Source: an uncultured Bdellovibrionales bacterium (lineage in GTDB: Bacteria; Patescibacteriota; Minisyncoccia; Moranbacterales; UBA1568). From it: DNA of 64,000 bases. This document shows, in pieces, positions 1-8,204 of the stretch; within the stretch, counting starts at the first letter, position 1, and each line of letters opens with the position of its first letter. The stretch lies in NCBI GenBank assembly GCA_964612055.1, contig CAZTBI010000001.1, forward strand, positions 5,688-69,687. Direction: 5' to 3'. The notes under the pieces are model-generated. The model made no database searches. It was given only the letters and a program-made list of their open reading frames with translations, and was not told the DNA's origin. The position numbers and the translations under genes were made by a program.

Positions 1-63
1 AAAAGTCCTCCACACCTGACCGTACCAGAGGTGCGAAAAGGAGGCAGATTTGTGTTCAACCAG

Positions 64-102
64 GGGGAGCTCGCATCGTCGCAGCTCCCCTTAACCCTTT
101 TT
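64..102 (+). terminator. Intrinsic terminator of an upstream unit
   Basis: ggggagct/agctcccc stem followed by a T-rich tail. Confidence 0.55.
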
Positions 103-139
103 AGGCTAAAATGAGTATCCAGCGGAAGCTGGTTTTTGT

Positions 140-168
140 TTGACTTCGCCTCGCCTTTTTGCGATACT
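140..168 (+). promoter_or_regulatory. sigma70-like promoter
   Basis: TTGACT-17nt-GATACT, with TG just upstream of the -10. Confidence 0.55.
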
Positions 169-238
169 AGTTCTTCAGTTCTTTGGTGGTTTTCCTTTGG
201 GAAGGCTGGTGTGTGACGTTGTTTTGTAGGAGAGTGTC

Positions 239-748
239 ATGTCTGAGATGAAAGTGCCTGTGGGAAGCCTGGTCGGTGTTCCGAATGTGGCTCATTCCGG
301 CTATCGACTCGGGTTGGTCGTAGATCAAGGGGCTGGAGAGCGTTGGGCCGCAAAGGATCCCACCCCTCCCCACAAGCCTGAATCATCCAAGGTAATACTT
401 CTCGTCCGACTGTTGGGGCTGTGTCAAGAAGAGGCCTGGCATGACGACAGCGACAAGGTGTGGGGTCGGGAACCCCGACGGACCCAGACGGTCCGCTGGG
501 CCTATGTCCAGACCACCCCGAATCCTCCCTGGGTGATCGCTGGTCCAGACACGGGCTCCATCGAGGAGTTTTTCGGTGCTTGCAGGACTTGCGAAAAGCT
601 CGGTATGACCGGGGCAACGTTCATGGTCGACCTGTCGATCCTGCTCGGTCACCTCAAGCAAAACAAGCTGGTGGTGGACGATACGGGCATCTTTGAACGG
701 CGCTATCGGGCGATGCTTGCCGACATATTGCCCTTGCCGAGTGAATGA
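239..748 (+). CDS. Hypothetical orphan protein (169 aa)
   Basis: ORF with AGGAG Shine-Dalgarno, upstream promoter and downstream terminator; no motif recognised. Confidence 0.65.
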   Translation: MSEMKVPVGSLVGVPNVAHSGYRLGLVVDQGAGERWAAKDPTPPHKPESSKVILLVRLLGLCQEEAWHDDSDKVWGREPRRTQTVRWAYVQTTPNPPWVIAGPDTGSIEEFFGACRTCEKLGMTGATFMVDLSILLGHLKQNKLVVDDTGIFERRYRAMLADILPLPSE

Positions 749-764
749 ACATGAGAAGGTGTTG

Positions 765-803
765 AGGTTTGCTGCGCTGCGCGCGGTGAGCCTTTTTTCT
801 TTT
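765..803 (+). terminator. Intrinsic terminator
   Basis: aggtttgctgcgc/gcgcggtgagcct stem (with G-U pairs) followed by a T-run. Confidence 0.65.
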
Positions 804-852
804 TACAGCTGTATCATCTTGACAGTAATGAGGAAATATGCGATTATAGAGT

Positions 853-1197
853 TCCTGAATAGAAAAAGGTAACTTCACAGAGTATCAAGACTTTTGAGAG
901 ATACGTTCTCAGAGGTGTCCTGCCAACATTATCCGAAGGCTATCTCCCTCCCTGGGTGGCCAAAGGAACGGCGGTGTAGCTGTCTTCGAGCAGCAACAAG
1001 ACGATCTTCTTTTGGCTGATCCCCACGAGAAACCATCTGCTTGTCCGAATGTTGGGGTAAGGGTCAGTGTCCAGTCGTTTAGCGAGTTCACTTGACCTAA
1101 GCCATGCTGAAGAGGAGGGTGGTCTACGTGCCATCCTCCTCTTCTCCCAAAAGTATTGATGGAAACATCTCTTTAGTAAGTGGTGTTTTTGTTTTAT
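853..1197 (+). ncRNA. Candidate structured non-coding transcript
   Basis: Promoter TTGACA(819)-17-GATTAT; ccaacatt/aatgttgg helix; 14-bp hairpin 1109-1144; terminator-like end; no + strand ORF of 60 aa or more. Confidence 0.3.
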
Positions 1198-1353
1198 TTA
1201 AAGCCCATTTTGAACAATTGACAAAATGGTAAAAATGTGCTAATATAAAACGTTGATTTAAAAATGTGTTTTTGGAAGAAATGCTAAATATGGCTGGCTC
1301 AGAGAGCTTGTCATAGAGGCGTTTTTTCCAACCCTAAAGAGGAAGAGGCGAAG

Positions 1354-1611
1354 ATGACTGTCAAAACTGTCACCGTATGGCGCACCACTGGCGATGGCCG
1401 GCAGTGCAAGTCCCACGAGATCATCGGCTCCAAGGTTCGCACCTCGGTCGGCCAGGAAGGCACTAGCGAAAAGCCGCAAGGCCATCGGCCTTCCGGAAAG
1501 ACCCTGGCCGACTTCCTGATCAGGGATCCCGAACCGACGGCATCGTCTGTCCGTCGCGCCGGGTTCCGTTCCCGCGGTTCCTCGCTCTGCCTGCATCAGC
1601 ATTCGCTGTAA
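1354..1611 (+). CDS. Small basic orphan protein (85 aa), or a structured RNA
   Basis: AGAGGA SD, TTGACA promoter near 1218, terminator 1628-1663; the sequence is also strongly self-complementary. Confidence 0.4.
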   Translation: MTVKTVTVWRTTGDGRQCKSHEIIGSKVRTSVGQEGTSEKPQGHRPSGKTLADFLIRDPEPTASSVRRAGFRSRGSSLCLHQHSL

Positions 1612-1727
1612 GGCAGCCCCTCAACCCGAAGCTCCTGCTGTCCCTTGTGACACCAGGAGCTTTCAAATTTTATTGACAAGTTCGGGGTGATTTTGCTATA
1701 TTCTCCCCAAGTTCGATTGACAACTTT

Positions 1728-2030
1728 TATTAGAATTCTTGAGAGAGATTTCTCCAAGGTTTTTCTAGCGCTTGTTTGCGGTAAGGCAGGGGATGACAGG
1801 GTTCCCCAAGGCTGATACCGCTCTTGTGATAGCGACACGGGGGTCGCCTTATCATAAGGCAGTCACTGGGATAGTGGCGGCAGAGAGTGTTGCGGGGTCG
1901 AGTCTGCATCCCGCACAACCTTTGTAAGCAGCATGCGCTGGGGGAGGCTCGGGTGTTCACATCCGGGTCGTCCTATTCGAGGGGAAGCAAGTGAATCACT
2001 TCGCTTCCTTCCTTCTCAAGAATTCTGATA
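1728..2030 (+). ncRNA. Candidate ~300-nt multibranched ncRNA
   Basis: 17-bp closing helix (1728-1744 with 2014-2030), several internal hairpins, promoter TTGACA(1673)..TG-TATATT, terminator 2035-2065, no + strand ORF. Confidence 0.6.
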
Positions 2031-2034
2031 TCTC

Positions 2035-2065
2035 AAAAACACCTTTCGAGGTGTTTTTTGTTTTT
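2035..2065 (+). terminator. Intrinsic terminator
   Basis: aaaaacacc/ggtgttttt stem with T tail. Confidence 0.75.
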
Positions 2066-2205
2066 ATAAGTCTCGCAATCTGACACTTGCCTTTTTATGA
2101 AAGTGGGTGTAGAGCGGGTGTATAATAAAAACAGCAGGGAGTGCCGGTGGCACCAAGGTCGATCCCATATTTCTTTAGGGTGATAACTATTATCTTTACA
2201 ACACT

Positions 2206-2421
2206 ATGAATATGCATAAACTCGCTTTTGTGCTTTTGGTAGTCGGAGGTTTGAACTGGCTCTTGCAGGGTGTCTTGGGATGGGAAATTGGCTCTTTCAT
2301 CGGAGGCATGGACTCTATGCCAGCCCGTGTCATCTATGTCCTGGTGGGACTAGCCGCTATCTATGAGGTAGCGACCCACAAGGGAAACTGCAAGATGTGC
2401 GGGACGTCTCAGTCAATGTAA
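2206..2421 (+). CDS. DUF378 family small membrane protein
   Basis: LLVVGGLNW...ARVIYVLVGLAAIY signature. Confidence 0.85.
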   Translation: MNMHKLAFVLLVVGGLNWLLQGVLGWEIGSFIGGMDSMPARVIYVLVGLAAIYEVATHKGNCKMCGTSQSM

Positions 2422-2519
2422 AGAAAGTACATCTGGCCACCTCGCTTCCGTGGGGTGGCTTTTGTTTTGGTCGGAAAAAAGCGTTATACTGGAGTCAGAG
2501 TAATTTTTGAAATGCGGGT

Positions 2520-3281
2520 ATGCAAGAAAATATGGTAAAAATGATCAAAGCAGCAGCTCTTGTTTTGATAGCGGTGGCGGCAGTGATGGCATCGTATCAG
2601 TATAAACTTTCGGTTAGTGGCACCTATCCGACGAGGACATTCTCGGTGGATGGGACGGGTGAGATTGATGCTGTTCCAGACCTCGCTACTTTTTCAGTGA
2701 CCGTGACGACGGATGGTGGGAAGAATGTGACTGAGGTACAAACAGCGAATACGGAGAAGATGAATACGGTGACAGCATTTCTCAAAGAGCAGGGAATCGA
2801 TAAGAAAGATTTGAAGACGAGTCAGTATAACCTCTCGCCGCGGTATAGCTACGTACAGTGTTTTGCAGCAGGGAATTGCCCAGCCCCGACTATTACAGGT
2901 TACAATCTTACGCAGACTTTGGAAGTGAAGGTGCGCGAGAGCGATAAGCTCGGTGATTTACTCTCAGGCGTGGTGACGAGTGGTGCTAATAGTGTTTCGG
3001 AGGTGCGTTTTGTTGTAGATGATGACACAGAAGCTAAGGATGCAGCTCGCGAAGAAGCGATAGCGGATGCCAAGAAGAAGGCAAAAGCAACAGCCAAAGC
3101 TGCTGGGTTTCGTCTTGGGAAACTCGTAACGTTGTATGAAAATGCTACCCCAGTTATGCCGTATGGTATGGGTGGAGCTCTCGATATGGCGGCTACGAAG
3201 TCTGAGGCTGTCCCAGTAGTGGAGCCAGGGACGCAGTCGACCAAGGTGCAGGTGACTCTGACCTACGAAGTCAAAGACTAG
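2520..3281 (+). CDS. SIMPL/DUF541 domain protein (BP26/YggE-like)
   Basis: N-terminal TM; SVDGTGEIDAVPD; AREEAIADAKKKA; VQVTLTYE C-terminus. Confidence 0.9.
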   Translation: MQENMVKMIKAAALVLIAVAAVMASYQYKLSVSGTYPTRTFSVDGTGEIDAVPDLATFSVTVTTDGGKNVTEVQTANTEKMNTVTAFLKEQGIDKKDLKTSQYNLSPRYSYVQCFAAGNCPAPTITGYNLTQTLEVKVRESDKLGDLLSGVVTSGANSVSEVRFVVDDDTEAKDAAREEAIADAKKKAKATAKAAGFRLGKLVTLYENATPVMPYGMGGALDMAATKSEAVPVVEPGTQSTKVQVTLTYEVKD

Positions 3282-3342
3282 AAATCAAAAGAAAGAACCC
3301 GCCCTTTTCCGAGGGCGGGTTTTGTTTTAGGGAGGGATTTGA

Positions 3343-3472
3343 TCCCGCACCTTTTTAGCTTCAAAGTTTTAATTATCAAGGAGTAGTTTGTTGAGTGATG
3401 AACGCAAGCAGGTGGATAGAGGTTTTTTTAGGGCGCATACATCCGTTTTTGTTAAGCTAAAAAGGTGCGGGA
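3343..3472. mobile_element. MITE-like element with perfect terminal inverted repeats
   Basis: atcccgcacctttttagctt (3342-3361) and its exact reverse complement (3454-3473); TTGA on both sides as possible target duplication. Confidence 0.65.
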
Positions 3473-3500
3473 TTGACAACTTAAAAATCAGTTGTATACT
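3473..3500 (+). promoter_or_regulatory. lexA promoter with overlapping palindrome
   Basis: TTGACA-16-TATACT; ACAACT-N8-AGTTGT dyad spans the spacer. Confidence 0.55.
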
Positions 3501-3530
3501 TCATAGTGTAATATAGATAAACAAAAAAGT

Positions 3531-4184
3531 ATGCAAATTTTAACACCCAAGCAGAAGATCGTACTCCAGGCGATTAAGGAGTTTTTCTCCGAAAATGGAG
3601 CTATGCCGACGGTTCGAGAGATCCAAGAGGTATCGGGAAAACTGGGACTGAAGCTAAAGAGTCTACGGAGCTTTTTTATCTACTTGAATGAGCTTGAAGA
3701 AAAGGGCTATATCGAACGTACCTCGGAGGATCGTGGGATTAAGTTGAAAGGGGTCACCCAGGATAGTTTCTTAGATGTACCGGTCTTTGGTATGGCCAAT
3801 GCTGGGGCGGCCACTATGTTTGCGGAGCAGTATATCGAAGGTTACCTGAAGGTTTCGAAGCGCATCGTCCGTGATAGCCGCAATGTTTTTGCAATACAGG
3901 TATCAGGGACTTCTATGAATAAAGCGCGGGTGAATAGTAAAACCATTCAAAACGGAGACTTTATTCTTGTGGATTCAACCTGGAAGCACTACGACAATGG
4001 TGACAAAGTGCTGGTGGTGATCAATGGTATGGCAACGGTAAAAACCTACCGCACGGTTGATGGGAAAAATATCGTTCTCTTGCCGGAATCTACCGACAAA
4101 AAGCATAAACCGATCTTTCTGACAGAAGAAGATGACTTCGTGATTAATGGCAAAGTTATCGATGTATTGAAGCTCGGTTCTTAG
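3531..4184 (+). CDS. lexA: LexA repressor (S24 peptidase)
   Basis: LTPKQ/PTVREI winged helix; ANAG cleavage site; GTSM Ser; ATVK Lys. Confidence 0.9.
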   Translation: MQILTPKQKIVLQAIKEFFSENGAMPTVREIQEVSGKLGLKLKSLRSFFIYLNELEEKGYIERTSEDRGIKLKGVTQDSFLDVPVFGMANAGAATMFAEQYIEGYLKVSKRIVRDSRNVFAIQVSGTSMNKARVNSKTIQNGDFILVDSTWKHYDNGDKVLVVINGMATVKTYRTVDGKNIVLLPESTDKKHKPIFLTEEDDFVINGKVIDVLKLGS

Positions 4185-4230
4185 TGTAAAGTGAGCGGAG
4201 AGCTTCGTCTAAGCATGATATAATAGGGGC

Positions 4231-5625
4231 ATGCGGAATATGTACGATATCCGCCGCTTGTGGTTGCGGCGAATGGTGAAACTCCATACGTTTCTTTTCA
4301 CTGTCTCCTTAGGAGTGTATTTTGTTTTGGCTTTTTTTGATCCAGGGCTTCTCTCCTACGACCTCCGTCAGAAATTTCATGCTCTGGCAGACGAGACGAT
4401 TGCGGTGACGGCGACTGTTCTCGGTCCACCGGCACAACCGGTCGTGACAGCAGTTGCGGATTGCGACGAAACAAGTGGCGTGCTGAGTGTCGAGCTTGAT
4501 TGGGCAGATGATACCAATACCTATACTTATGACATTGAGCGGGATAGCGCGCCTTTGGTGAGCGGTCTTTCGAGCTCTGCCTACAGTGATACAAATGTTG
4601 TCGTAAGTACAGCCTATGAGTATGAGGTGACCGCTAATGGTCCTATGGGATCGGGTCAGGCGACATCAGACCCCGTCTCGGTGACGACTCCGGCCCTATG
4701 CGAGATCACAGCTGCTACTCCGACTGTGACTATTGTCTCCTTCTCTGGGAAAAACGTCGATTCTTATGATGGAACACCGCGTGTCAGTAACCGGCGGCCT
4801 CTCTTTACTGGGACGACGAGTATGCCGGGCGCTACTATACTTGTAACGATTGGAAACAGCTTCATCGCGGAATTTTCTGCCAATGAGAATGGGTATTGGG
4901 AATGGCGGCCACCGTATAGTATCTCATCGGGGGCGCATACCTTTACTGTGACAGCGACTGATCCAGATGATGGTTCTCGGCAGGCAACAGCGACACTGCG
5001 TTTTGATACCTTGAAAGAGAGCGATGCTGCTCAGGATGGGAAGAAGAAAGATAATCCGCTCTTAGGGGGCGGAGTTGGACAGAGTTCTTCAAGTAGTGGT
5101 CCGGGGTCTATGAATATCTCACTTTCTTTTGAGAATGATGAGTCCTTGGTACTTCAGGGAAAAGAGCTGAAACTCCACATGATGATCAGGTCGCTTATCG
5201 AACGGTACACTCATATCACCATCCCTATTCGTTATAGTTTCATCGATCAGGATTATGAGATTATTTCTTCAGAGATGCGGGACTCCTATATCGTGAATGA
5301 AGGGGAGATCCGCGAATCCTTTCCTATTCCATCATATATGTTGCCGGGGAACTACTTCCTTCAGGTGGAACTTCTTTTTGATGACATGAATATCAGTCGT
5401 ATGATACCGTTTTCTGTACAAGAGCTTCCCTTGATACAGCTTTCTAGCGGCGAGGCTGTCACCTATGCGGATGTTATTCGCAATCTCGGTTGGATAGTTT
5501 TTTTCTTCCTATTTCTCTTTCTTTTCTGGTGCTTCCTTTTCATCCGTGAGTTTGCGTTGTCTCTTCGAAGGGATAAGGAAGTGACGGAATATGATTTGAA
5601 AAAAGCAGGGTTTATTCGTAAATAG
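4231..5625 (+). CDS. Membrane-anchored surface protein with FN3/Ig-like domains
   Basis: N- and C-terminal TM segments; YSDTNV..YEYEVTA (FN3-like); RPLFTGT..GYWEW..GAHTFTVTATD (Ig-like). Confidence 0.75.
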   Translation: MRNMYDIRRLWLRRMVKLHTFLFTVSLGVYFVLAFFDPGLLSYDLRQKFHALADETIAVTATVLGPPAQPVVTAVADCDETSGVLSVELDWADDTNTYTYDIERDSAPLVSGLSSSAYSDTNVVVSTAYEYEVTANGPMGSGQATSDPVSVTTPALCEITAATPTVTIVSFSGKNVDSYDGTPRVSNRRPLFTGTTSMPGATILVTIGNSFIAEFSANENGYWEWRPPYSISSGAHTFTVTATDPDDGSRQATATLRFDTLKESDAAQDGKKKDNPLLGGGVGQSSSSSGPGSMNISLSFENDESLVLQGKELKLHMMIRSLIERYTHITIPIRYSFIDQDYEIISSEMRDSYIVNEGEIRESFPIPSYMLPGNYFLQVELLFDDMNISRMIPFSVQELPLIQLSSGEAVTYADVIRNLGWIVFFFLFLFLFWCFLFIREFALSLRRDKEVTEYDLKKAGFIRK

Positions 5626-5640
5626 AAAGGGGGTGTCACT

Positions 5641-5949
5641 ATGAATATGGATATGATATTTCTTGGAGTGGATATGTTGACTATCGGATTGTTTCTTCTG
5701 GTGTTAGTATTTTCGATCGGTATCGTCTGGCGCGTAGAGAAGGAACTCGACTGGTCGTACAAGTTTTTCGTAGTGGCCGCCACCAGTGTTATGCTGGCTG
5801 ATGTCTTTGGACTGTACGCTGTCGGGCAGGGATCTACGACGATCTTACTTGGCAAAGGCTTGCGCTTCGTCGGTGCGGTAGCCTTTCTCGTGAGCGTGCT
5901 TTTTATGCGCGACATTGTACGTCGGCTCGATCATGAAAAGAAGAATTAA
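5641..5949 (+). CDS. Small membrane protein (about 3 TM)
   Basis: Hydrophobic ORF in operon context, GGGGG SD. Confidence 0.7.
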   Translation: MNMDMIFLGVDMLTIGLFLLVLVFSIGIVWRVEKELDWSYKFFVVAATSVMLADVFGLYAVGQGSTTILLGKGLRFVGAVAFLVSVLFMRDIVRRLDHEKKN

Positions 5950-5951
5950 TT

Positions 5952-6497
5952 ATGGCTTATCTCAGTACTCCAAAGGTTGTTTTCCCCATTGATCCATACC
6001 GGGTAAATGGTGCCTCTTTCGGAAAGCGCGCTGCTTATGAAGGGGTATTTTGGGGTGTGCACTTGGGAGAGGACTGTGTCGTACCAGCAGGTACTGATGT
6101 CCGGGCGATTGGGCGTGGAACAGTAGTGTACGCCGCTCTCCATGTTGGTTCAAGTGAAAAGGGTAACTGGGGGTATATCGTGATTATTCGTCACAAACGG
6201 CCTCGTTCTAAAGACGTGTTTTATTCCTTGTATGGACATTTAGGTGCGAGTTTCAAGCGGATCGGAGAAAAAGTAGATGCTGGTGAGCCGCTTGGGTTTG
6301 TTGGCGAGGCCTTTACTCCCGAGAATGGTTTCTGGGAAGCTCACCTTCATTTTGCTATCTATACTGGCCCCTGGAAGGATGAGGTGTTGCCTGGTTATTG
6401 GAAGGATGGTGAAACTCGTACTCGCCCCGAATGGTGGCAGGTACCAAGTGAATTCATCATCAATTACGGTAAAGATGCACAGAAAAAAACTGCCTAG
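5952..6497 (+). CDS. M23 family metallopeptidase
   Basis: HLGED, YGHL and HLHF motifs. Confidence 0.9.
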   Translation: MAYLSTPKVVFPIDPYRVNGASFGKRAAYEGVFWGVHLGEDCVVPAGTDVRAIGRGTVVYAALHVGSSEKGNWGYIVIIRHKRPRSKDVFYSLYGHLGASFKRIGEKVDAGEPLGFVGEAFTPENGFWEAHLHFAIYTGPWKDEVLPGYWKDGETRTRPEWWQVPSEFIINYGKDAQKKTA

Positions 6498-6510
6498 AAG
6501 GCAGTTTTTT

Positions 6511-6770
6511 TTCGTCAATTTGTGCGCTCGGCCTGCTTCGGCCCATGCCCTTGGGACGAGAGGGGATTGGTCACAGATTCGGAGGGGATCAGTCACAGCC
6601 GGCTTTAAATCGGAGGGAATCTCCCTCGACTAAACCTTTGTTGTCACAAAGGTTTGTCTGGGCACCGCCTCACGATTTCGTCTGCTGACGAAATAACGTT
6701 CCGGCGTTCGACCCCCTACGCAAGCCAAGCAGTTGGCTTGCTCCGAGGCGCAAATTTCCTTCGTCAATTT
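6511..6770 (-). repeat. tRNA-Arg(TCG)-linked element bounded by a 21-bp duplication of the tRNA 3' end and trailer
   Basis: ttcgtcaatttgtgcgctcgg at 6511-6531 and 6760-6780; internal degenerate T-arm copies and hairpins. Confidence 0.7.
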
Positions 6771-6771
6771 G

Positions 6772-6845
6772 TGCGCTCGGAGGGGATCGAACCCCCGACC
6801 CTCTGGTTCGAAGCCAGATGCTCTAATCCACTGAGCTACGAGCGC
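6772..6845 (-). tRNA. tRNA-Arg(TCG)
   Basis: Cloverleaf GCGCTCG...CGAGCGC-A; anticodon arm tctgg-CT TCG AA-ccaga. Confidence 0.95.
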
Positions 6846-7676
6846 TTAGATAGCTACTGTACCTGATTTTGGTTCCTTGGTCAATGGAAGGAGCTTCCAC
6901 AGAAAGCGTCGGTGAGTATAGAGATTTCCGATAAGAAGTGCGATCACATAGGCCTCAACGAAGTGGAAAAAGAGTCCAATGGCAACAAGGCTACCAACAA
7001 GCATGCCGTAGACGATTTGTTCTTTCTTTGTGTTCGGTGAGGTCTTTGGTTCTGGTACCATCACGAGAAGAAAGAAGAGAAGAGTACCTTCGAGAGCAAT
7101 GTAGAGTGGGTTCTGACCAAAGAGAATGGTATATACAAGGGAAAAGGCTACGAGGGCGGCGACACTGACGGCGAGTTTTCGGTAACGATAGGCGACGTAG
7201 CCAGCACAAGTGAGGGTGAAGAATGCGATGATACTGATCTCTTCGCCGAAGAGGGGTATACGTGGAGCTGGGTTCACGCCCCACCAAGAAGGGAAGAATC
7301 CAAAGACACTCAAAATGAGTGTGCCGAGAGCTGCTGGGTTCCACAGAGGACCGCCTGTGGTCCGGAAGAAGTATTGGCAGGCCTCTGTCACGACTCCAAG
7401 GGCGAAAAAGACCCACCAGGGAGAGAAAGAATCAAAGAGGAGGAAGAGGATAAGTGCGGTAATAATACGATGCTCAATGCGAAAGGTGGCTTGCGGGTCG
7501 ATGCCTTTGACGATGAGGAATCGAATCAGGAGACCGGAGGTGAAGAGAAGGGCGAGATTACGTATCTGGATAGCCCAGGATGATACGTCGGTACCGCTCC
7601 AGGCATAGGACGACCAGAGAGCAAGAACCTGGAGGAAGATAATGAGGATATTGATTGGAAGAAGTCTATTTTTCAT
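6846..7676 (-). CDS. NqrB/RnfD-like membrane protein
   Basis: Multi-TM; WNPAALG and MVPEPKTSP motifs; adjacent to FMN-binding protein and ApbE. Confidence 0.75.
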   Translation of the reverse strand: MKNRLLPINILIIFLQVLALWSSYAWSGTDVSSWAIQIRNLALLFTSGLLIRFLIVKGIDPQATFRIEHRIITALILFLLFDSFSPWWVFFALGVVTEACQYFFRTTGGPLWNPAALGTLILSVFGFFPSWWGVNPAPRIPLFGEEISIIAFFTLTCAGYVAYRYRKLAVSVAALVAFSLVYTILFGQNPLYIALEGTLLFFLLVMVPEPKTSPNTKKEQIVYGMLVGSLVAIGLFFHFVEAYVIALLIGNLYTHRRFLWKLLPLTKEPKSGTVAI

Positions 7677-7715
7677 GTTATTATTCTACAGGGTTAATAA
7701 TTTTTTTCCAAATAT

Positions 7716-8195
7716 ATGGCTATTATCAGCAAGAAGACCGCTCTCGTGTGGGTACTCATTGTGGCGGGAGCGGTGACGCTCTGGAAGTTCGTTTGGAAAT
7801 CGGAGAACGATGATGCTATGATGGCCCCTGCTACCACGCGTACTACGGAGCCGGTGTCGGGAAATGGCGCGATGATGGAGAGTCGGAATCCAGCCATGAT
7901 GGCCGATAAGAAGATTGTCACAACTCGGACAAGTTACAAGAATCCAGCCGGAGAGGACGAGGTGGCATTTTCTCTGACGGTAGACGATAACGGTGTCATC
8001 ACGGATGCTGCTACTGAAGTATTGGCTATCCATGATATTTCAAAGATGCGCCAAGTCGCTTTTTCGGATGGGTTGCTAGCGGTTCTCAAGGGAAAGAAAT
8101 TGAACGAGTTATCCTCCATCGATAGAGTTGGTGGGTCTTCGCTGACGACGACCGCTTTCAACAAGGCGCTTCCAGAATTGAAGGCGCAGCTCTAA
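7716..8195 (+). CDS. Membrane-anchored FMN-binding (flavinylation substrate)-like protein
   Basis: N-terminal TM; C-terminal IDRVGGSSLTTTAFNKAL resembles the FMN_bind DxxSGAT/S motif; upstream of apbE. Confidence 0.75.
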   Translation: MAIISKKTALVWVLIVAGAVTLWKFVWKSENDDAMMAPATTRTTEPVSGNGAMMESRNPAMMADKKIVTTRTSYKNPAGEDEVAFSLTVDDNGVITDAATEVLAIHDISKMRQVAFSDGLLAVLKGKKLNELSSIDRVGGSSLTTTAFNKALPELKAQL

Positions 8196-8204
8196 TTTCC
8201 AGAC

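Noticed and set aside
20-60. AGAGGTGCG resembling the start of a lysine riboswitch
   Set aside because: The remaining riboswitch helices are absent and the region is cut by the window edge.
2136-2170. Small hairpin in the DUF378 leader as a possible riboswitch
   Set aside because: Too short, with no recognisable aptamer consensus.
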